This document shows, in pieces, positions 18,826 through 29,189 of a DNA stretch of 48,087 nucleotides; positions within the stretch are counted from its first letter, which is position 1; each line of letters opens with the position of its first letter. Origin of the DNA: a virus. Lineage: Duplodnaviria; Caudoviricetes. The position numbers and the translations under genes are program-made. Below the pieces are notes generated by a model that was not told the origin of the DNA, ran no database searches, and was given only the letters and a program-made list of their open reading frames with translations. The DNA is taken from positions 1 to 48,087 of IMG/VR virus record IMGVR_UViG_3300032226_000229. One strand, given 5' to 3'.

Positions 18826-21800
18826 ATGGCACTCAATAACTACGGTAAAGCATTAGGCCAACTTGCAACAGAATCTGTTAAAGGTTCTGTGAAGGGATTC
18901 GCAATGGGCATCAAAGGTGCCGCAATGAGTGAAATGCCTGGACTTACCGCTTTGATGGGACTTAGCAGAGAAGTTAAGGGTCGTGCGGATAAATTGGGTA
19001 ATGCATCAGCCATGGATGCATCAGTGAAGGAACAAAGAACAAACAATATTATTAGCATTGAGATGGTTAGACAACTCAGATCAATCAATAACAATGTTCT
19101 ACAACAAACACGTATCTCTACACTTCAAGCAAATAATGCAAAGCAAACTGCAATGTTTGCTGAAGAAGCTGAAAGAGAAAAATCACAAAGAGACAAAGAA
19201 TTACTAGATGCAATTAAAGCACTGAAAGGTGGACCCGGTGCGACTGGTGTTTTAGGTTCTGGTGCTGGCGCTGGAGGAAAAGGATTTTTAGGCACACTGC
19301 TTGATGCTTTACAGAGTGCTAGTTTATTAGAAGCTATCGCTGGTTTAGCAGGTGCAGGTGCTTTATACAAAGGCGGTAAAACTATATTTGGTCGTGGCGG
19401 AAATGTTCCAACGACTGGCGGCATTCCTCCGACAGGCGGCAAACCACCTCAAGCACCGCCAACAACTGGCGGCGGAAAAGTAATTCCATTCCCTTCGGGT
19501 GGTCGTGGCGGCCCTCCCATGCCCCCAACTGGCGGTGGTGGTGGATTGTTGAGGGGTGTAGGTCTTGCGGCAAGACTTGCGGCAAGAGGAATAATTGGTG
19601 TCTTATCGGGTCCAATTGGTTGGGCATTACTTGCCGCAGAAGTTGGTTATGAAGCATACAAAATTTTTGGCAATCAGGGTGGGCAAGGACTAAAGCCACC
19701 TAAACCCGGTACAGGCGCAGGTGTTAGTACAACACCAATGGTTGAAGGTGCTGGTGGAGCCGCATTTGGAGTGTATCCTAAATCTGGCATGACTGCGAAA
19801 GCCGTGTTCAATGCGGCAAAAGATAGTCAAGCGGCTTCGGCGGCGATGGAGACGCCTGAGCAAAAACGTGCAAGAGGTCTATATGGAGTAGGTGATCCTA
19901 GAGCAAGATCAACTGTGAAAAATAGTGAAAATACTACACAATTTATTACGAGTAGAGAAGGTTTTAGTGCTACCGCATATCGAGACACTAATAGAATGGC
20001 TATTGGTTATGGGCACAATATTACCGATGCAGAAATCAAAGCGGGCCAGATTGATTTGGGCAATGGAGACATTATAAAAATTTCTGGCGATCTTGGCAAA
20101 GACACCAAAGTAACAAAAGAACAAGCAGATAAATTATTCACTAAAGATATAGCACAATATGAGTCTATTGTTGTTCGTGCTATCGGACAAGAAGCATACA
20201 ATAAATTATCAGCAAATCAAAAAACTGCAATTTTAAGTTATGTTTATAGTGTGGGCAGAGTACCTGCAGGTTTTGCTGATGCAATTAAAACTGGAAATTA
20301 CGCAAATGCGGCCGCATCACTTCGTAATGGTGTTGCTACAGCATCTACAGAACCTGATCCAGTAAGAAGAAAACAATTCGAGAGGGCTCTTAAGAAAAGA
20401 AGAGGAGAAGAGGCCGATTTATTTAATGCTTCGGGACCAGCAACTACAGAAGAGCGTAGAAGTTCTAGAGGTGTTCTCACTAACACATCGGGACCTGCGT
20501 CTACAAGAAGCATTACTCCAGCTGGTGCAGGCGGTGGTGGCGGTAACGAAATGGAAACACAAAATGCCATTTATAGACCGACTGCTTCAAGTAACATTAC
20601 CTCAGGATCAAGACCTCGCAGTTTAGCTGTTGGTCCAGTTCAAACCAATGATGCACAAGCAAATAAAACTTTAGCACAACAACTCAAATTAACAAAAGCT
20701 GTTGTTAGAGCGACTGTTGTTGGCGGTGGCGGTAGAACTGCGGGAGAAAGACTAAAAGAGACAGAGCGTAAAGAAACTAAAGATCAGAGATATCTTAGAA
20801 ACGCAAATCAAACCTTCTTAAATCAATTTCAAAGCACAACTCAGCGACTATTAACTGACGCACTGTATAAAGCAATTGTTGTTGGTGCATATGGTAAAGA
20901 AGGTTCACGCAATCTTGTATCAAAACAAGAAGCAAGCGCCGAAGGTTATCGTGGAGCGCAACTATCAAAGTTGTTCAACCTACCGTCAAAAACAGAAAAA
21001 ATTCTTACAAGTGCATTTGGTAAAAAGATTGGGCAAGCATATGCACCAATGATATCACAACTTGGCACAGCATATCTTGAAGTTGGTGCAAGACAAGTTG
21101 GTCGTAGCTTTTTTGCAGGCATTCTTGGTAATGATGAAAAAGCAGATTCATTAACTGGACAAATTTTAGGCAACTTCGCAAAAGGCAATAAGCAAGCCGC
21201 TACAGAACAATTGTTATATGGACTTACTGGTGTTGCTTCTGGACCCGAAACTATATTTGCTAAGTACGGATTTAATTCTAGTCAACAGGGAGTAAACTTC
21301 TTGGGTGGCATGGGTGCGGCACAAATGACTGCACCTCTCGCTGACATGATGGGTGGTAAACAGCCGACATATACTGGTCCTTATGGACAAGGAACATTTG
21401 GTGCTGGTCAGTATCCAATGATACAACCCGGTGCCGTTTCTGGTCAAGCAACTTTCACAGCAAAAAATGCGGCAGGCAATGACCAAACATATGCAAATCA
21501 GGCACTTACAAAGTTAGCAATTGAAGGTGATCCAGCCGCAAGAAAACAATTACCGAGTATTGAAGTAAATACTTGGAATGCAGTAGATCAAGCAAAAAAG
21601 AATGCTAAAATCGCAGAAGAAAACTTCTTAAAAGCAGACGTAAAAACAGATGACTATCGTATAGCAAAAGATGCGCTAGATCAAGCTAATCTAAATTACT
21701 CTGCAAAACAAACTGATATTCTAGAAAAAATAGCCGCAAAACCTGCAGGTGGTGGTTCTTCTGCTGGTGGTACTTTCATGACCAACATGGGTAATTTTGC

Positions 21801-23292
21801 ATTCGATCTTGGCACATCGATGGTTGCAAATAAATTAACTCAGAACATTAAGAATCCATATCTAAAAGCATTTGCTAATTATGGTGTTGCGTCCGCGGCA
21901 AATGCATTTATAAAACCAATGATATTCGGTCCACCAACTGTAGCAGGTGCGGCCGCGGCACCCGCATTGTTTACTGCTGCCAATGCCGCACAGGTGGGCG
22001 GTGGTTTTATGAGTGGAGGTGGGCCGGGCATGGCAGGCTCAGTAGGAACTGTGTTAACAAATTCTGGATACACAACAGCCGGCACCTTTATGAGTGGTGT
22101 TCAGACTGGTATGAATTCCACACTCGGGGGTACTGCTAGTGCTACCGGTTCTACGGGTGCCGCATTTGCAGGTGAAGTAGTTGGAGAAGTCCTACCATAT
22201 GCGGCCGCTATAATGTATGCGCTTAAAGGCGATTATAAGAAAGCGGCAACAACTGCGGCAGGCACTTACGCTGGCATGAAAGCGGGAGCATATATAGGCT
22301 CATTCTTTGGTCCTGGCGGCACCGCAATTGGTGCTACAATTGGTGCAATCGTTGGTTCTATTCTTGGAAGTAAAGTTGGCAGAAAACCTAAGCCAGCAGT
22401 TCTCAGAGTTACTTCATCCAAAGGTAGTGAAGTATCTGCTGTAACTACGTTTGAGAAAGATGGTCCGCCCGCAGAATGGTCAAAGTTTGCAGACACACTG
22501 TTAGTTGCATTGCTCAACTCAGCAAAGTTAATGCAACAAAAAAGTGGTGCCGCTTTGCCTTTTGTTAATATCGGTATTTACATGGACTCACAAAGTGGTG
22601 TTACGTTAGCCTTGTATCAAGAAGGCGAGGCGACAAACAGCGCACATCCAAAATGGAATAAAAACTTTGGTTCAATAGGAGACATCAAAGCCGGCACTGC
22701 CCTCGTAGGTATGATTGAATTTATGCGTGATTGTCTCAAAGAAGGTAAAGACGCAATCACAACAGATAAGCTAGATAAAGCGACTGCTGAATTAAAAACT
22801 AAAAATATCACAACAATTACTGCTGGTCTTCTTAACGAATTAAAACCTGGCGGACGATATGATTTAACTAAAGGTGTTGGCTATGATGCAGGCATACCAA
22901 CTGCCGCAGATCGCACAATAGTAGCTAGAAACACTACGGGTGTGTCTGCAAATACGGCCGCATCTACAACTACTACAGGCACAACAACCGCGGCTGCTGT
23001 GGCGAATACTGCGGCGACATTATTAAATGGTGCGGCCGCAGCCGTGGCTTCAGCAGTTAGTACAGCATTGACACCAGGCACCAAAGTTAACACCTCAGCC
23101 AGTTTAATTCCCACAACAGCAACCACAAATAATATGACTAATAGTCCTCCAATCAATTCTGTTGTTGCTGTTGGAGGAAAAACAGAAAATGATAATTCTA
23201 CGACTATCACGAATATTAATCAGATGAGTCTAACGAGTGATATATGGAGACAACCTACATATAATACAGGTTTTCAATTAGTAGCCGCATAA
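18826..23292 (+). CDS. Tape-measure-like protein with internal GH24 lysozyme domain
   Basis: 1488 aa, Ala/Gly-rich, downstream of gp26/gp51; REGFSATAYRD..AIGYGH..QKTAILSYVYSVG..RRGEEADLF lysozyme motif; Gly-zipper segments. Confidence 0.75.
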   Translation: MALNNYGKALGQLATESVKGSVKGFAMGIKGAAMSEMPGLTALMGLSREVKGRADKLGNASAMDASVKEQRTNNIISIEMVRQLRSINNNVLQQTRISTLQANNAKQTAMFAEEAEREKSQRDKELLDAIKALKGGPGATGVLGSGAGAGGKGFLGTLLDALQSASLLEAIAGLAGAGALYKGGKTIFGRGGNVPTTGGIPPTGGKPPQAPPTTGGGKVIPFPSGGRGGPPMPPTGGGGGLLRGVGLAARLAARGIIGVLSGPIGWALLAAEVGYEAYKIFGNQGGQGLKPPKPGTGAGVSTTPMVEGAGGAAFGVYPKSGMTAKAVFNAAKDSQAASAAMETPEQKRARGLYGVGDPRARSTVKNSENTTQFITSREGFSATAYRDTNRMAIGYGHNITDAEIKAGQIDLGNGDIIKISGDLGKDTKVTKEQADKLFTKDIAQYESIVVRAIGQEAYNKLSANQKTAILSYVYSVGRVPAGFADAIKTGNYANAAASLRNGVATASTEPDPVRRKQFERALKKRRGEEADLFNASGPATTEERRSSRGVLTNTSGPASTRSITPAGAGGGGGNEMETQNAIYRPTASSNITSGSRPRSLAVGPVQTNDAQANKTLAQQLKLTKAVVRATVVGGGGRTAGERLKETERKETKDQRYLRNANQTFLNQFQSTTQRLLTDALYKAIVVGAYGKEGSRNLVSKQEASAEGYRGAQLSKLFNLPSKTEKILTSAFGKKIGQAYAPMISQLGTAYLEVGARQVGRSFFAGILGNDEKADSLTGQILGNFAKGNKQAATEQLLYGLTGVASGPETIFAKYGFNSSQQGVNFLGGMGAAQMTAPLADMMGGKQPTYTGPYGQGTFGAGQYPMIQPGAVSGQATFTAKNAAGNDQTYANQALTKLAIEGDPAARKQLPSIEVNTWNAVDQAKKNAKIAEENFLKADVKTDDYRIAKDALDQANLNYSAKQTDILEKIAAKPAGGGSSAGGTFMTNMGNFAFDLGTSMVANKLTQNIKNPYLKAFANYGVASAANAFIKPMIFGPPTVAGAAAAPALFTAANAAQVGGGFMSGGGPGMAGSVGTVLTNSGYTTAGTFMSGVQTGMNSTLGGTASATGSTGAAFAGEVVGEVLPYAAAIMYALKGDYKKAATTAAGTYAGMKAGAYIGSFFGPGGTAIGATIGAIVGSILGSKVGRKPKPAVLRVTSSKGSEVSAVTTFEKDGPPAEWSKFADTLLVALLNSAKLMQQKSGAALPFVNIGIYMDSQSGVTLALYQEGEATNSAHPKWNKNFGSIGDIKAGTALVGMIEFMRDCLKEGKDAITTDKLDKATAELKTKNITTITAGLLNELKPGGRYDLTKGVGYDAGIPTAADRTIVARNTTGVSANTAASTTTTGTTTAAAVANTAATLLNGAAAAVASAVSTALTPGTKVNTSASLIPTTATTNNMTNSPPINSVVAVGGKTENDNSTTITNINQMSLTSDIWRQPTYNTGFQLVAA

Positions 23293-23319
23293 AAAAGGGA
23301 AGCATTTTATTGCTTCCCT
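23291..23319 (-). terminator. Rho-independent terminator between convergent tape measure and gp32
   Basis: AGGGAAGCA/TGCTTCCCT stem with a U-tract on the minus strand. Confidence 0.8.
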
Positions 23320-23347
23320 GTCAAGTCACAAAGGAGATTACGAAATA

Positions 23348-24262
23348 TTAATCTTCAGCTAACTTCTCAAAGTAACTCAAGTCTTCATCATCATCGACAA
23401 CTGAGTCTGCAACTGTAGTTTTCTTAGCAGGCGCTGGCGCTGGTTTAGCTGAAGCAGTAACTGGTACGTTAGGCTTAATGGACTGATAGTTATCACCAGA
23501 AGAACCATCTTCAAGTCCAAGCACTTTGTTCAAACGTGCTTTCAACTCATCATAAGACTTAAAGTTCTTTTCATCTAAGAATTCAGACAAGTTGTATTCT
23601 TGTTTCCAAATACGCTCTAAATCATCTTCGTCACCAGACAATGGTGCTGATGTATCAAACTCAGACTTATCATAATTCTGATAGCCTTCAACTTTACGAA
23701 TCTTCAACTTGAAGTTCGCACCTTCCCAGAGATCAAATGGATTGACAGCAATCTCATCTTCAAACTCAGGATTCATCTTTTCGTTTAACTTGTCAAAAAT
23801 CTTCTTGCCGAATTTAAACAACTTAACTGTTCCGTCATTGTCAGAGTTTGCAGGGTCTTTGACAATATAAACGTTTGCGATATACTGCAACTTACGCTTT
23901 TGCTTACGTGCAATATCTTTGTTAGCATCTGAACCAGAGTTCCATAGAATGCTATTGTGTTCAGACACAGGATCTTTCTTGTTGAGTGTAGTCAACGAGT
24001 TTTCAATGTACCATCCACCAGGACCTTGAAACGAGTGCTGAAATATTTGAACCCAAGGCACATCTTCGCCTGAGGGTGCGGGAAGAAAACGAATTGTTGC
24101 GAATCCGTTGCCTGCTTTGTCTACTGTGGGTTTCCAGAAGCGAAGGTCTTCATAAGACTTCTTACCTTCTTCTTTGTTTGTGAGTTTGGAAACTGCGTCT
24201 GTGAGTTTTTCCAAATCTTTGGTGCGTGACTTTTTCAAATCTGCAAATGATGATGATGCCAT
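23348..24262 (-). CDS. gp32: Single-stranded DNA-binding protein gp32
   Basis: DKAGNGFATIRFLPAP, GPGGWYIENSLTT, NPFDLWEGANFKLKIR and an acidic tail. Confidence 0.95.
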   Translation of the reverse strand: MASSSFADLKKSRTKDLEKLTDAVSKLTNKEEGKKSYEDLRFWKPTVDKAGNGFATIRFLPAPSGEDVPWVQIFQHSFQGPGGWYIENSLTTLNKKDPVSEHNSILWNSGSDANKDIARKQKRKLQYIANVYIVKDPANSDNDGTVKLFKFGKKIFDKLNEKMNPEFEDEIAVNPFDLWEGANFKLKIRKVEGYQNYDKSEFDTSAPLSGDEDDLERIWKQEYNLSEFLDEKNFKSYDELKARLNKVLGLEDGSSGDNYQSIKPNVPVTASAKPAPAPAKKTTVADSVVDDDEDLSYFEKLAED

Positions 24263-24340
24263 ATTAGTATATTCCTTGTATGTTAAGTATTGAATGTATG
24301 TTTTGCTTGTCCACTTTTATCATAATCTACTATAGTATAT

Positions 24341-24369
24341 AGTCTATCACAATTCTCTTTTTGTGACAA
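24341..24369 (-). promoter_or_regulatory. Sigma70-like promoter for gp32
   Basis: TTGTCA-N17-TAGACT with extended TG, followed by an A-rich leader. Confidence 0.55.
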
Positions 24370-24407
24370 TAGACGGCAAACCTTCTTGGGTTTACTCATT
24401 ACTGCCA

Positions 24408-25004
24408 CTAAGCCACTACTAACTCTCTGAGTGACTTTTTCATCCGTGCCGTATCGTAATTTAAAAAGGGCTGGTACTTTTTGCATAACTTGCTTACCTC
24501 TTTGTAGATTGGATCATGTATCATTGTATCATATCTTTTAACAAAATGCAATAGTGAATTCAATATTGCCAATGTCTCTAGACTGATTTCTTTTCTTAAA
24601 TATTTCTTTATGATTGGTGGATGATCTCCACCTTTCGCATTAAAAAATTCATTCAATTCATCTGGCTTCCAACCAGAAATAAAATCCATCTCATTTTTAA
24701 ATACATACGTCAACGATTCTTGTTTGCGTTTCCATTCTTTATAGCGTTCTTCACACTCTTCAGATAGAAGTTCACCTACCCACATCTTTGTGTCGTGCAG
24801 AAAATTAGAAACTAAAAACTCTTCTAAGTAAGTGTCCTTACGATTGCCGAGTTTAGCAAAAAAGATTTTGTCTTTACGTTTCAAAAAAGAATCGTATGTG
24901 ACATTGACTTTCTTATTGTACTTGAACCAATCGTAGCTATCTTGCGTGAAGTGATTTTTAACTCCTAAGTAAACCTTGTATGCGTCTATAGCATCCATCT
25001 TCAT
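24408..25004 (-). CDS. gp59: Helicase loader gp59
   Basis: YKVYLGVKNHFTQDSYDWFKY, KRKDKIFFAKL and ISLETLAIL; adjacent to gp32. Confidence 0.88.
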   Translation of the reverse strand: MKMDAIDAYKVYLGVKNHFTQDSYDWFKYNKKVNVTYDSFLKRKDKIFFAKLGNRKDTYLEEFLVSNFLHDTKMWVGELLSEECEERYKEWKRKQESLTYVFKNEMDFISGWKPDELNEFFNAKGGDHPPIIKKYLRKEISLETLAILNSLLHFVKRYDTMIHDPIYKEVSKLCKKYQPFLNYDTARMKKSLRELVVA

Positions 25005-25243
25005 CAGTCTTCGACCTCAAGAGGTAATCTAGCTTTCGGCGCAATCATCTTCAACTTCATAGCTTCACCTTCAATAGAAGATTTCATGCGAGGTGTAATT
25101 AAAGATGCCGCAGTCTCAACTTCAATATTCTTGATAGTGCAGTATTCGATGATAGCATCAATCATCGTGATGGGAAACCTATCACGTTGAATTTGTTTAA
25201 TCTCCGCCTCAAATTCTTTCTGAGTCAGAATTTTAAGATTCAT
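25004..25243 (-). CDS. gp33: Late transcription coactivator gp33
   Basis: MIDAIIEYCTIKNIEVETAASLI..KSSIEGEAMKL..LPL; start placed at ATG 25243. Confidence 0.82.
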   Translation of the reverse strand: MNLKILTQKEFEAEIKQIQRDRFPITMIDAIIEYCTIKNIEVETAASLITPRMKSSIEGEAMKLKMIAPKARLPLEVED

Positions 25244-25424
25244 AGAATCGTACCGATGTAATTCTACCGTTTTTGTAGTAGCCAAATTGTGTTTGCACCT
25301 TTGCTGGTTTTGCTGTACGAAAATTTGAATTAGTAATTTCGCTTTCAGACGCATAGTAGTAAGATGGATATCCATTCTTACGCTGATATGATCTCATTTT
25401 AAGTTCAGTCTTCATAATATTCAT
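25233..25424 (-). CDS. Hypothetical basic protein (~63 aa)
   Basis: AGAGGA RBS before ATG at 25424; packed into the operon. Confidence 0.55.
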   Translation of the reverse strand: MNIMKTELKMRSYQRKNGYPSYYYASESEITNSNFRTAKPAKVQTQFGYYKNGRITSVRFYES

Positions 25425-25440
25425 TGCAAAATTTCCTCTG

Positions 25441-25950
25441 TTATAATCTATAAAAAATATGGCCTTCAATTTGTGCAATTCTATGCACTTTGTTAATCCA
25501 TGCTGGTTTAACATCAATTGCATGAAAGTGTGTTGCGCCCTCTAAGAGTTTAATTATATCACTACCTATTGCTTTTGTCAATAGGAGTTTTGCAACTTCA
25601 TATGATTCTCTCCAACGACTGTTGTTGGCAGGTGGTGTGTTTGCTTGTTTGGTATTGTACCAAGAAAACTGAAATGGTTCCGTGACAACATCACGAATAT
25701 TTTTCGGATAGCGTTTATCCTTCAATCTGTTTAGTGTCACTACGCCCACTGCAATCTTGCCAATAAGTGGTTGATTGCCAGCTTCGTGATAGATGTTCAT
25801 TGCCATCCAATACAAGTCTGCTTTACTTGAATCTTTTGGTGCAGTTGACGCATCTGATAATTCTTTAAGTGTTGGTAATGATGCCGATGCGTGTGATAGA
25901 GATGTGATCGACAATAATGCTAAAAATATTACTGCTAGTAATGCTCTCAT
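25441..25950 (-). CDS. SleB/CwlJ-type cell wall hydrolase (Hydrolase_2) with signal peptide
   Basis: AMNIYHEAGNQ..AVGVVTLNR..QFSW..GATHFHA..PAW..IEGHIFY. Confidence 0.88.
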   Translation of the reverse strand: MRALLAVIFLALLSITSLSHASASLPTLKELSDASTAPKDSSKADLYWMAMNIYHEAGNQPLIGKIAVGVVTLNRLKDKRYPKNIRDVVTEPFQFSWYNTKQANTPPANNSRWRESYEVAKLLLTKAIGSDIIKLLEGATHFHAIDVKPAWINKVHRIAQIEGHIFYRL

Positions 25951-26005
25951 ATTTTTCCTTTCTTTTTTGAACGGAGGGATACATTGTACCCCTCCTGCAA
26001 ACTAA

Positions 26006-26242
26006 TTATGCGTTATCGATAAACGCTTTTAATTCTTTTGCTTTCTTCAGTATGTCTTCTGAAGTTGGGAACTGAGGATTCTCTGGTCTGTTTGGTATAG
26101 CACTGCCCGTGTCTCTTGCGGCACTTGATTCAAACTCCCATTTTTCTCTAGTCCAATTTTGCTTTGCGTAATAGTCTTCCATTACGATGCCTTTCGCCAT
26201 ATCGAGAATCTCAAGGCGAATTTCAAACGGTGTTTTACTCAT
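26006..26242 (-). CDS. Conserved phage hypothetical protein
   Basis: MSKTPFEIRLEILDMAK..PTSEDILKKAKELKAFI; strong AGGAGG RBS; GATAAATA upstream. Confidence 0.75.
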   Translation of the reverse strand: MSKTPFEIRLEILDMAKGIVMEDYYAKQNWTREKWEFESSAARDTGSAIPNRPENPQFPTSEDILKKAKELKAFIDNA

Positions 26243-26323
26243 ATTTCCTCCTGTGTGTGTAATGAGTTGTGTGAAATACCCACAAATGTTTAGTGGGTCA
26301 TCTATTTATCAATTATACATCTT

Positions 26324-27061
26324 CTAAGTTAATCTGTCAATGTCAAAACTGCAATTGGTAATTTTCTTTATTTCCGTATCATTGAATTGTTTCAGGCTTT
26401 CTAATGTCATTCCTTTGCCATTATTATGGTGTTGATGCCCCATATTGCGCTGAATATCGTATTGTGGTATTCTATGTTGAATTTGCAACCTTCGTTGCAC
26501 CATTTCAGGACTAGAGATACAGTTCGCATAATGAAAAATCAACATGTCTTCATTATTGAATGTTGAAAAATGTCTACCTGCATCATATACAATATCACCG
26601 ACATTGTGCAAACTTCTTGCTCTACGTGTCATAAAATCTGTTTTATAATGTATGCCGTATTTCTTTTGTTGCCACAGAGGGAATTGTTTATCTAATGTTC
26701 CTTCTGGATTCCAATCAAAGAATGAAATTGAAGGAATCAAATACTGACTTGCTTTTCCTATACCATGCATATGTTTATCAACATCACCGACAATAAATTC
26801 GGTAACGTTTAATGCAATTCTCCATCCACCAAATTGTTTTTCGTATGACATTACTTCAGCATCAATCGCATGTGCTTGAAATTCTTTGTTGACGGATTTA
26901 ACAACTATCCAATCTGGACAAATTTCTTTGCAGATATCTACAGACCTATCAGTAGAATTATAATCGATTAAAATCCCATATTGAAAAATCTTTTTGTGAT
27001 GTTCAAGCCACCAAGGTAAAAGATATTCTTCATTATAGAAATGAGTAATGATTGTTTTCAT
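26324..27061 (-). CDS. Glycosyltransferase family 2-like
   Basis: HFYNEEYLLPWWLEHH..ILIDYNSTDRS; GT-A-type N-terminus. Confidence 0.75.
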   Translation of the reverse strand: MKTIITHFYNEEYLLPWWLEHHKKIFQYGILIDYNSTDRSVDICKEICPDWIVVKSVNKEFQAHAIDAEVMSYEKQFGGWRIALNVTEFIVGDVDKHMHGIGKASQYLIPSISFFDWNPEGTLDKQFPLWQQKKYGIHYKTDFMTRRARSLHNVGDIVYDAGRHFSTFNNEDMLIFHYANCISSPEMVQRRLQIQHRIPQYDIQRNMGHQHHNNGKGMTLESLKQFNDTEIKKITNCSFDIDRLT

Positions 27062-28272
27062 ACTGTAGCAAAGTTTAATTGAATGAATTTATCTTTGAGT
27101 CCTGGACGTTTTGCTTTTATGTTTTCTTTAATTTCAGAAAAGAAATTCCACGCAAGAGGCAACCAAACAACTTCTTCTCCAAAATTAATTGCTGTGATGT
27201 AATCAAAAGGCACAATTCGAATTTTAGTGCCAGGCGTAAACAAATGATGCTTCAACGGATTGTCATCCACAATGTAATCTAATTTAATGTTTCCAAAATT
27301 TAGAATTGTATTTCCTTTGGCTGCGGCACCATAGCCAACAACCATATATCCTTCTTGCTTGTATTTTTCAATATCTGATTTAAGTTTAAGTATCGTTGAT
27401 GTTGCTCTATCTGAAAGTGAATTAACAGCATCTTCGTCTTGTCCGTGTGTCCAAAGATGTGTGGAGTACACAGTTTCGGATGCTATGTTTTCCTCTGCAT
27501 TTTCTGAAAATATATAAACCTCACTTGTTCCATGTACTTCAGTTCTAATCACATTTGTCATATAAAGACCTATGCTTTCAGCAAGGCGTCCAATTGATCT
27601 AATATTAAAAAATGAAATGTGTTCGTGATATACTGTATCGAATTGTCCATACTTAACCATGTCAGCTTGTGAAGTTTGAATAAAGATTTTGCCATTCTTC
27701 GCTAAATGATTTTTGCAAATTTCTAGAAACTTTTTAGGATATGTGTTATGTGCAAATACATTCTGTGCAATAATTACATCAAATTTATCTTTACCCAGTT
27801 TTTGAATTGAGTCTTCAGACAAATAGTCACAAACAACTTTGTGATTCTTACTGCTTAGTGCATATAGATTTTCTGCTGGATCAATTCCATATGTTTCATA
27901 TCCATATTTCTTGAATGAGTCAAGCTGAGTGCCATCGTTACATGCAATGTCTAATACTGATAATCTTTCAGGTGTTGGTTTGATATTCGCTTCGACCAAT
28001 GAAACAAAATCGTCAAAGTATTGTTTTAACGTTTTAGTTGTTCCGCTTACGTACAAATAATTTTTAAAAAGCAAGTCCGGATCGACTGCATGTGTCAATT
28101 GAAGGTGTGTGCAATCATTACAATAATTCAATCCCAATGGAAATAATTCTTCCCGTTCAAGGTTATTTCGTACATACGAATTGGCTAATGGCTGTTCTTT
28201 TAAGTCTAGCACTTGTTTTAAATTATCACCATCACAGCAAAGGCATTTTGTTAATTCTTTACAATTTTTCAT
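27058..28272 (-). CDS. NDP-sugar C-methyltransferase (Zn-binding + SAM + C-terminal domains)
   Basis: CLCC..QPLANSY..CNDCTHLQL, LDIACNDG, NVFAH, FDTVYHEH, GYGAAAKGNT and LAWNF motifs. Confidence 0.88.
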   Translation of the reverse strand: MKNCKELTKCLCCDGDNLKQVLDLKEQPLANSYVRNNLEREELFPLGLNYCNDCTHLQLTHAVDPDLLFKNYLYVSGTTKTLKQYFDDFVSLVEANIKPTPERLSVLDIACNDGTQLDSFKKYGYETYGIDPAENLYALSSKNHKVVCDYLSEDSIQKLGKDKFDVIIAQNVFAHNTYPKKFLEICKNHLAKNGKIFIQTSQADMVKYGQFDTVYHEHISFFNIRSIGRLAESIGLYMTNVIRTEVHGTSEVYIFSENAEENIASETVYSTHLWTHGQDEDAVNSLSDRATSTILKLKSDIEKYKQEGYMVVGYGAAAKGNTILNFGNIKLDYIVDDNPLKHHLFTPGTKIRIVPFDYITAINFGEEVVWLPLAWNFFSEIKENIKAKRPGLKDKFIQLNFATV

Positions 28273-29171
28273 ATATAATTCCTAAAATTTCTATCATCAC
28301 TTCTGTTATCAAAATTGAGTTCATTATATGTATTTTGCAATTCTTCGCATATGCTATCTACAGTATTTGTGAATTCAAAATCGAGTGCTTTCTGTATCTT
28401 ATCAGTATTCAATTCAAAGTCATATGCTACTGTATCTCCAGAAACAATAACTAATTCAGCATTAGTTTTGTTTGATGTACTCATAGCTAAATCATATACG
28501 GTAGAATTAAATGATGATACATTATACTGACCAGATTCTATCTCTGTGTATACGAGTTTATTAAGCACTCTGCTTAAATCGCTTATACCTAGAATTGCTC
28601 TGCGAATGTTCAAGTTTTTTGCGATAACTTTTTTTGTTTCGATTGCTGATTTCATCATAGAATTCAACATTAACTCACTACGTGTATTTGGTGACGCACC
28701 ATTAACAGTACCAAAACGTAGTCCTATAATTTTTTTACCCGCACTCACATGACGATTTGCAATCAAGTCTAATGTGATTTTTTGTAGGTCATAGTGATTG
28801 AGTGGATTAAAATTGATTGGAGAATTTTCGCTAGACATTTCTGATCCAGCACCATAGACACTTGCGCTAGACGCATAAATCAATTTTTGTTTTGATGTTA
28901 ATTTTTCACACAGATTTGCAAAATAATTTACATTATTGATCCATGACCGGCTTGGGCTATGTTCGCACATTGGAACACTACTGTGACCCGCAAGACAATA
29001 AATGATATCATATTCGGTAGTGTCTACTGAATCGAAATTAAGTCTCTCTGAGTATCCCAAGTCCTTTTGAAATAAACAAAGGTCGATTGACTTTACTGTG
29101 TGTTTATCTTTGATTGTGGAATAAAATTTCGAACCAATATAACCATTACCACCTAATAACAAAATGTTCAT
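28269..29171 (-). CDS. NAD-dependent epimerase/dehydratase (extended SDR)
   Basis: GGNGYIG, YASSASVYG, YDLQK and LRFGTVNG motifs. Confidence 0.88.
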   Translation of the reverse strand: MNILLLGGNGYIGSKFYSTIKDKHTVKSIDLCLFQKDLGYSERLNFDSVDTTEYDIIYCLAGHSSVPMCEHSPSRSWINNVNYFANLCEKLTSKQKLIYASSASVYGAGSEMSSENSPINFNPLNHYDLQKITLDLIANRHVSAGKKIIGLRFGTVNGASPNTRSELMLNSMMKSAIETKKVIAKNLNIRRAILGISDLSRVLNKLVYTEIESGQYNVSSFNSTVYDLAMSTSNKTNAELVIVSGDTVAYDFELNTDKIQKALDFEFTNTVDSICEELQNTYNELNFDNRSDDRNFRNYI

Positions 29172-29189
29172 GTAATCTCCATAAATTAG

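Noticed and set aside
25972-25996. GGAGGG..CCCTCC hairpin as a terminator
   Set aside because: No U-tract follows it in the direction of transcription; it may be a processing or stability hairpin, but support is insufficient.
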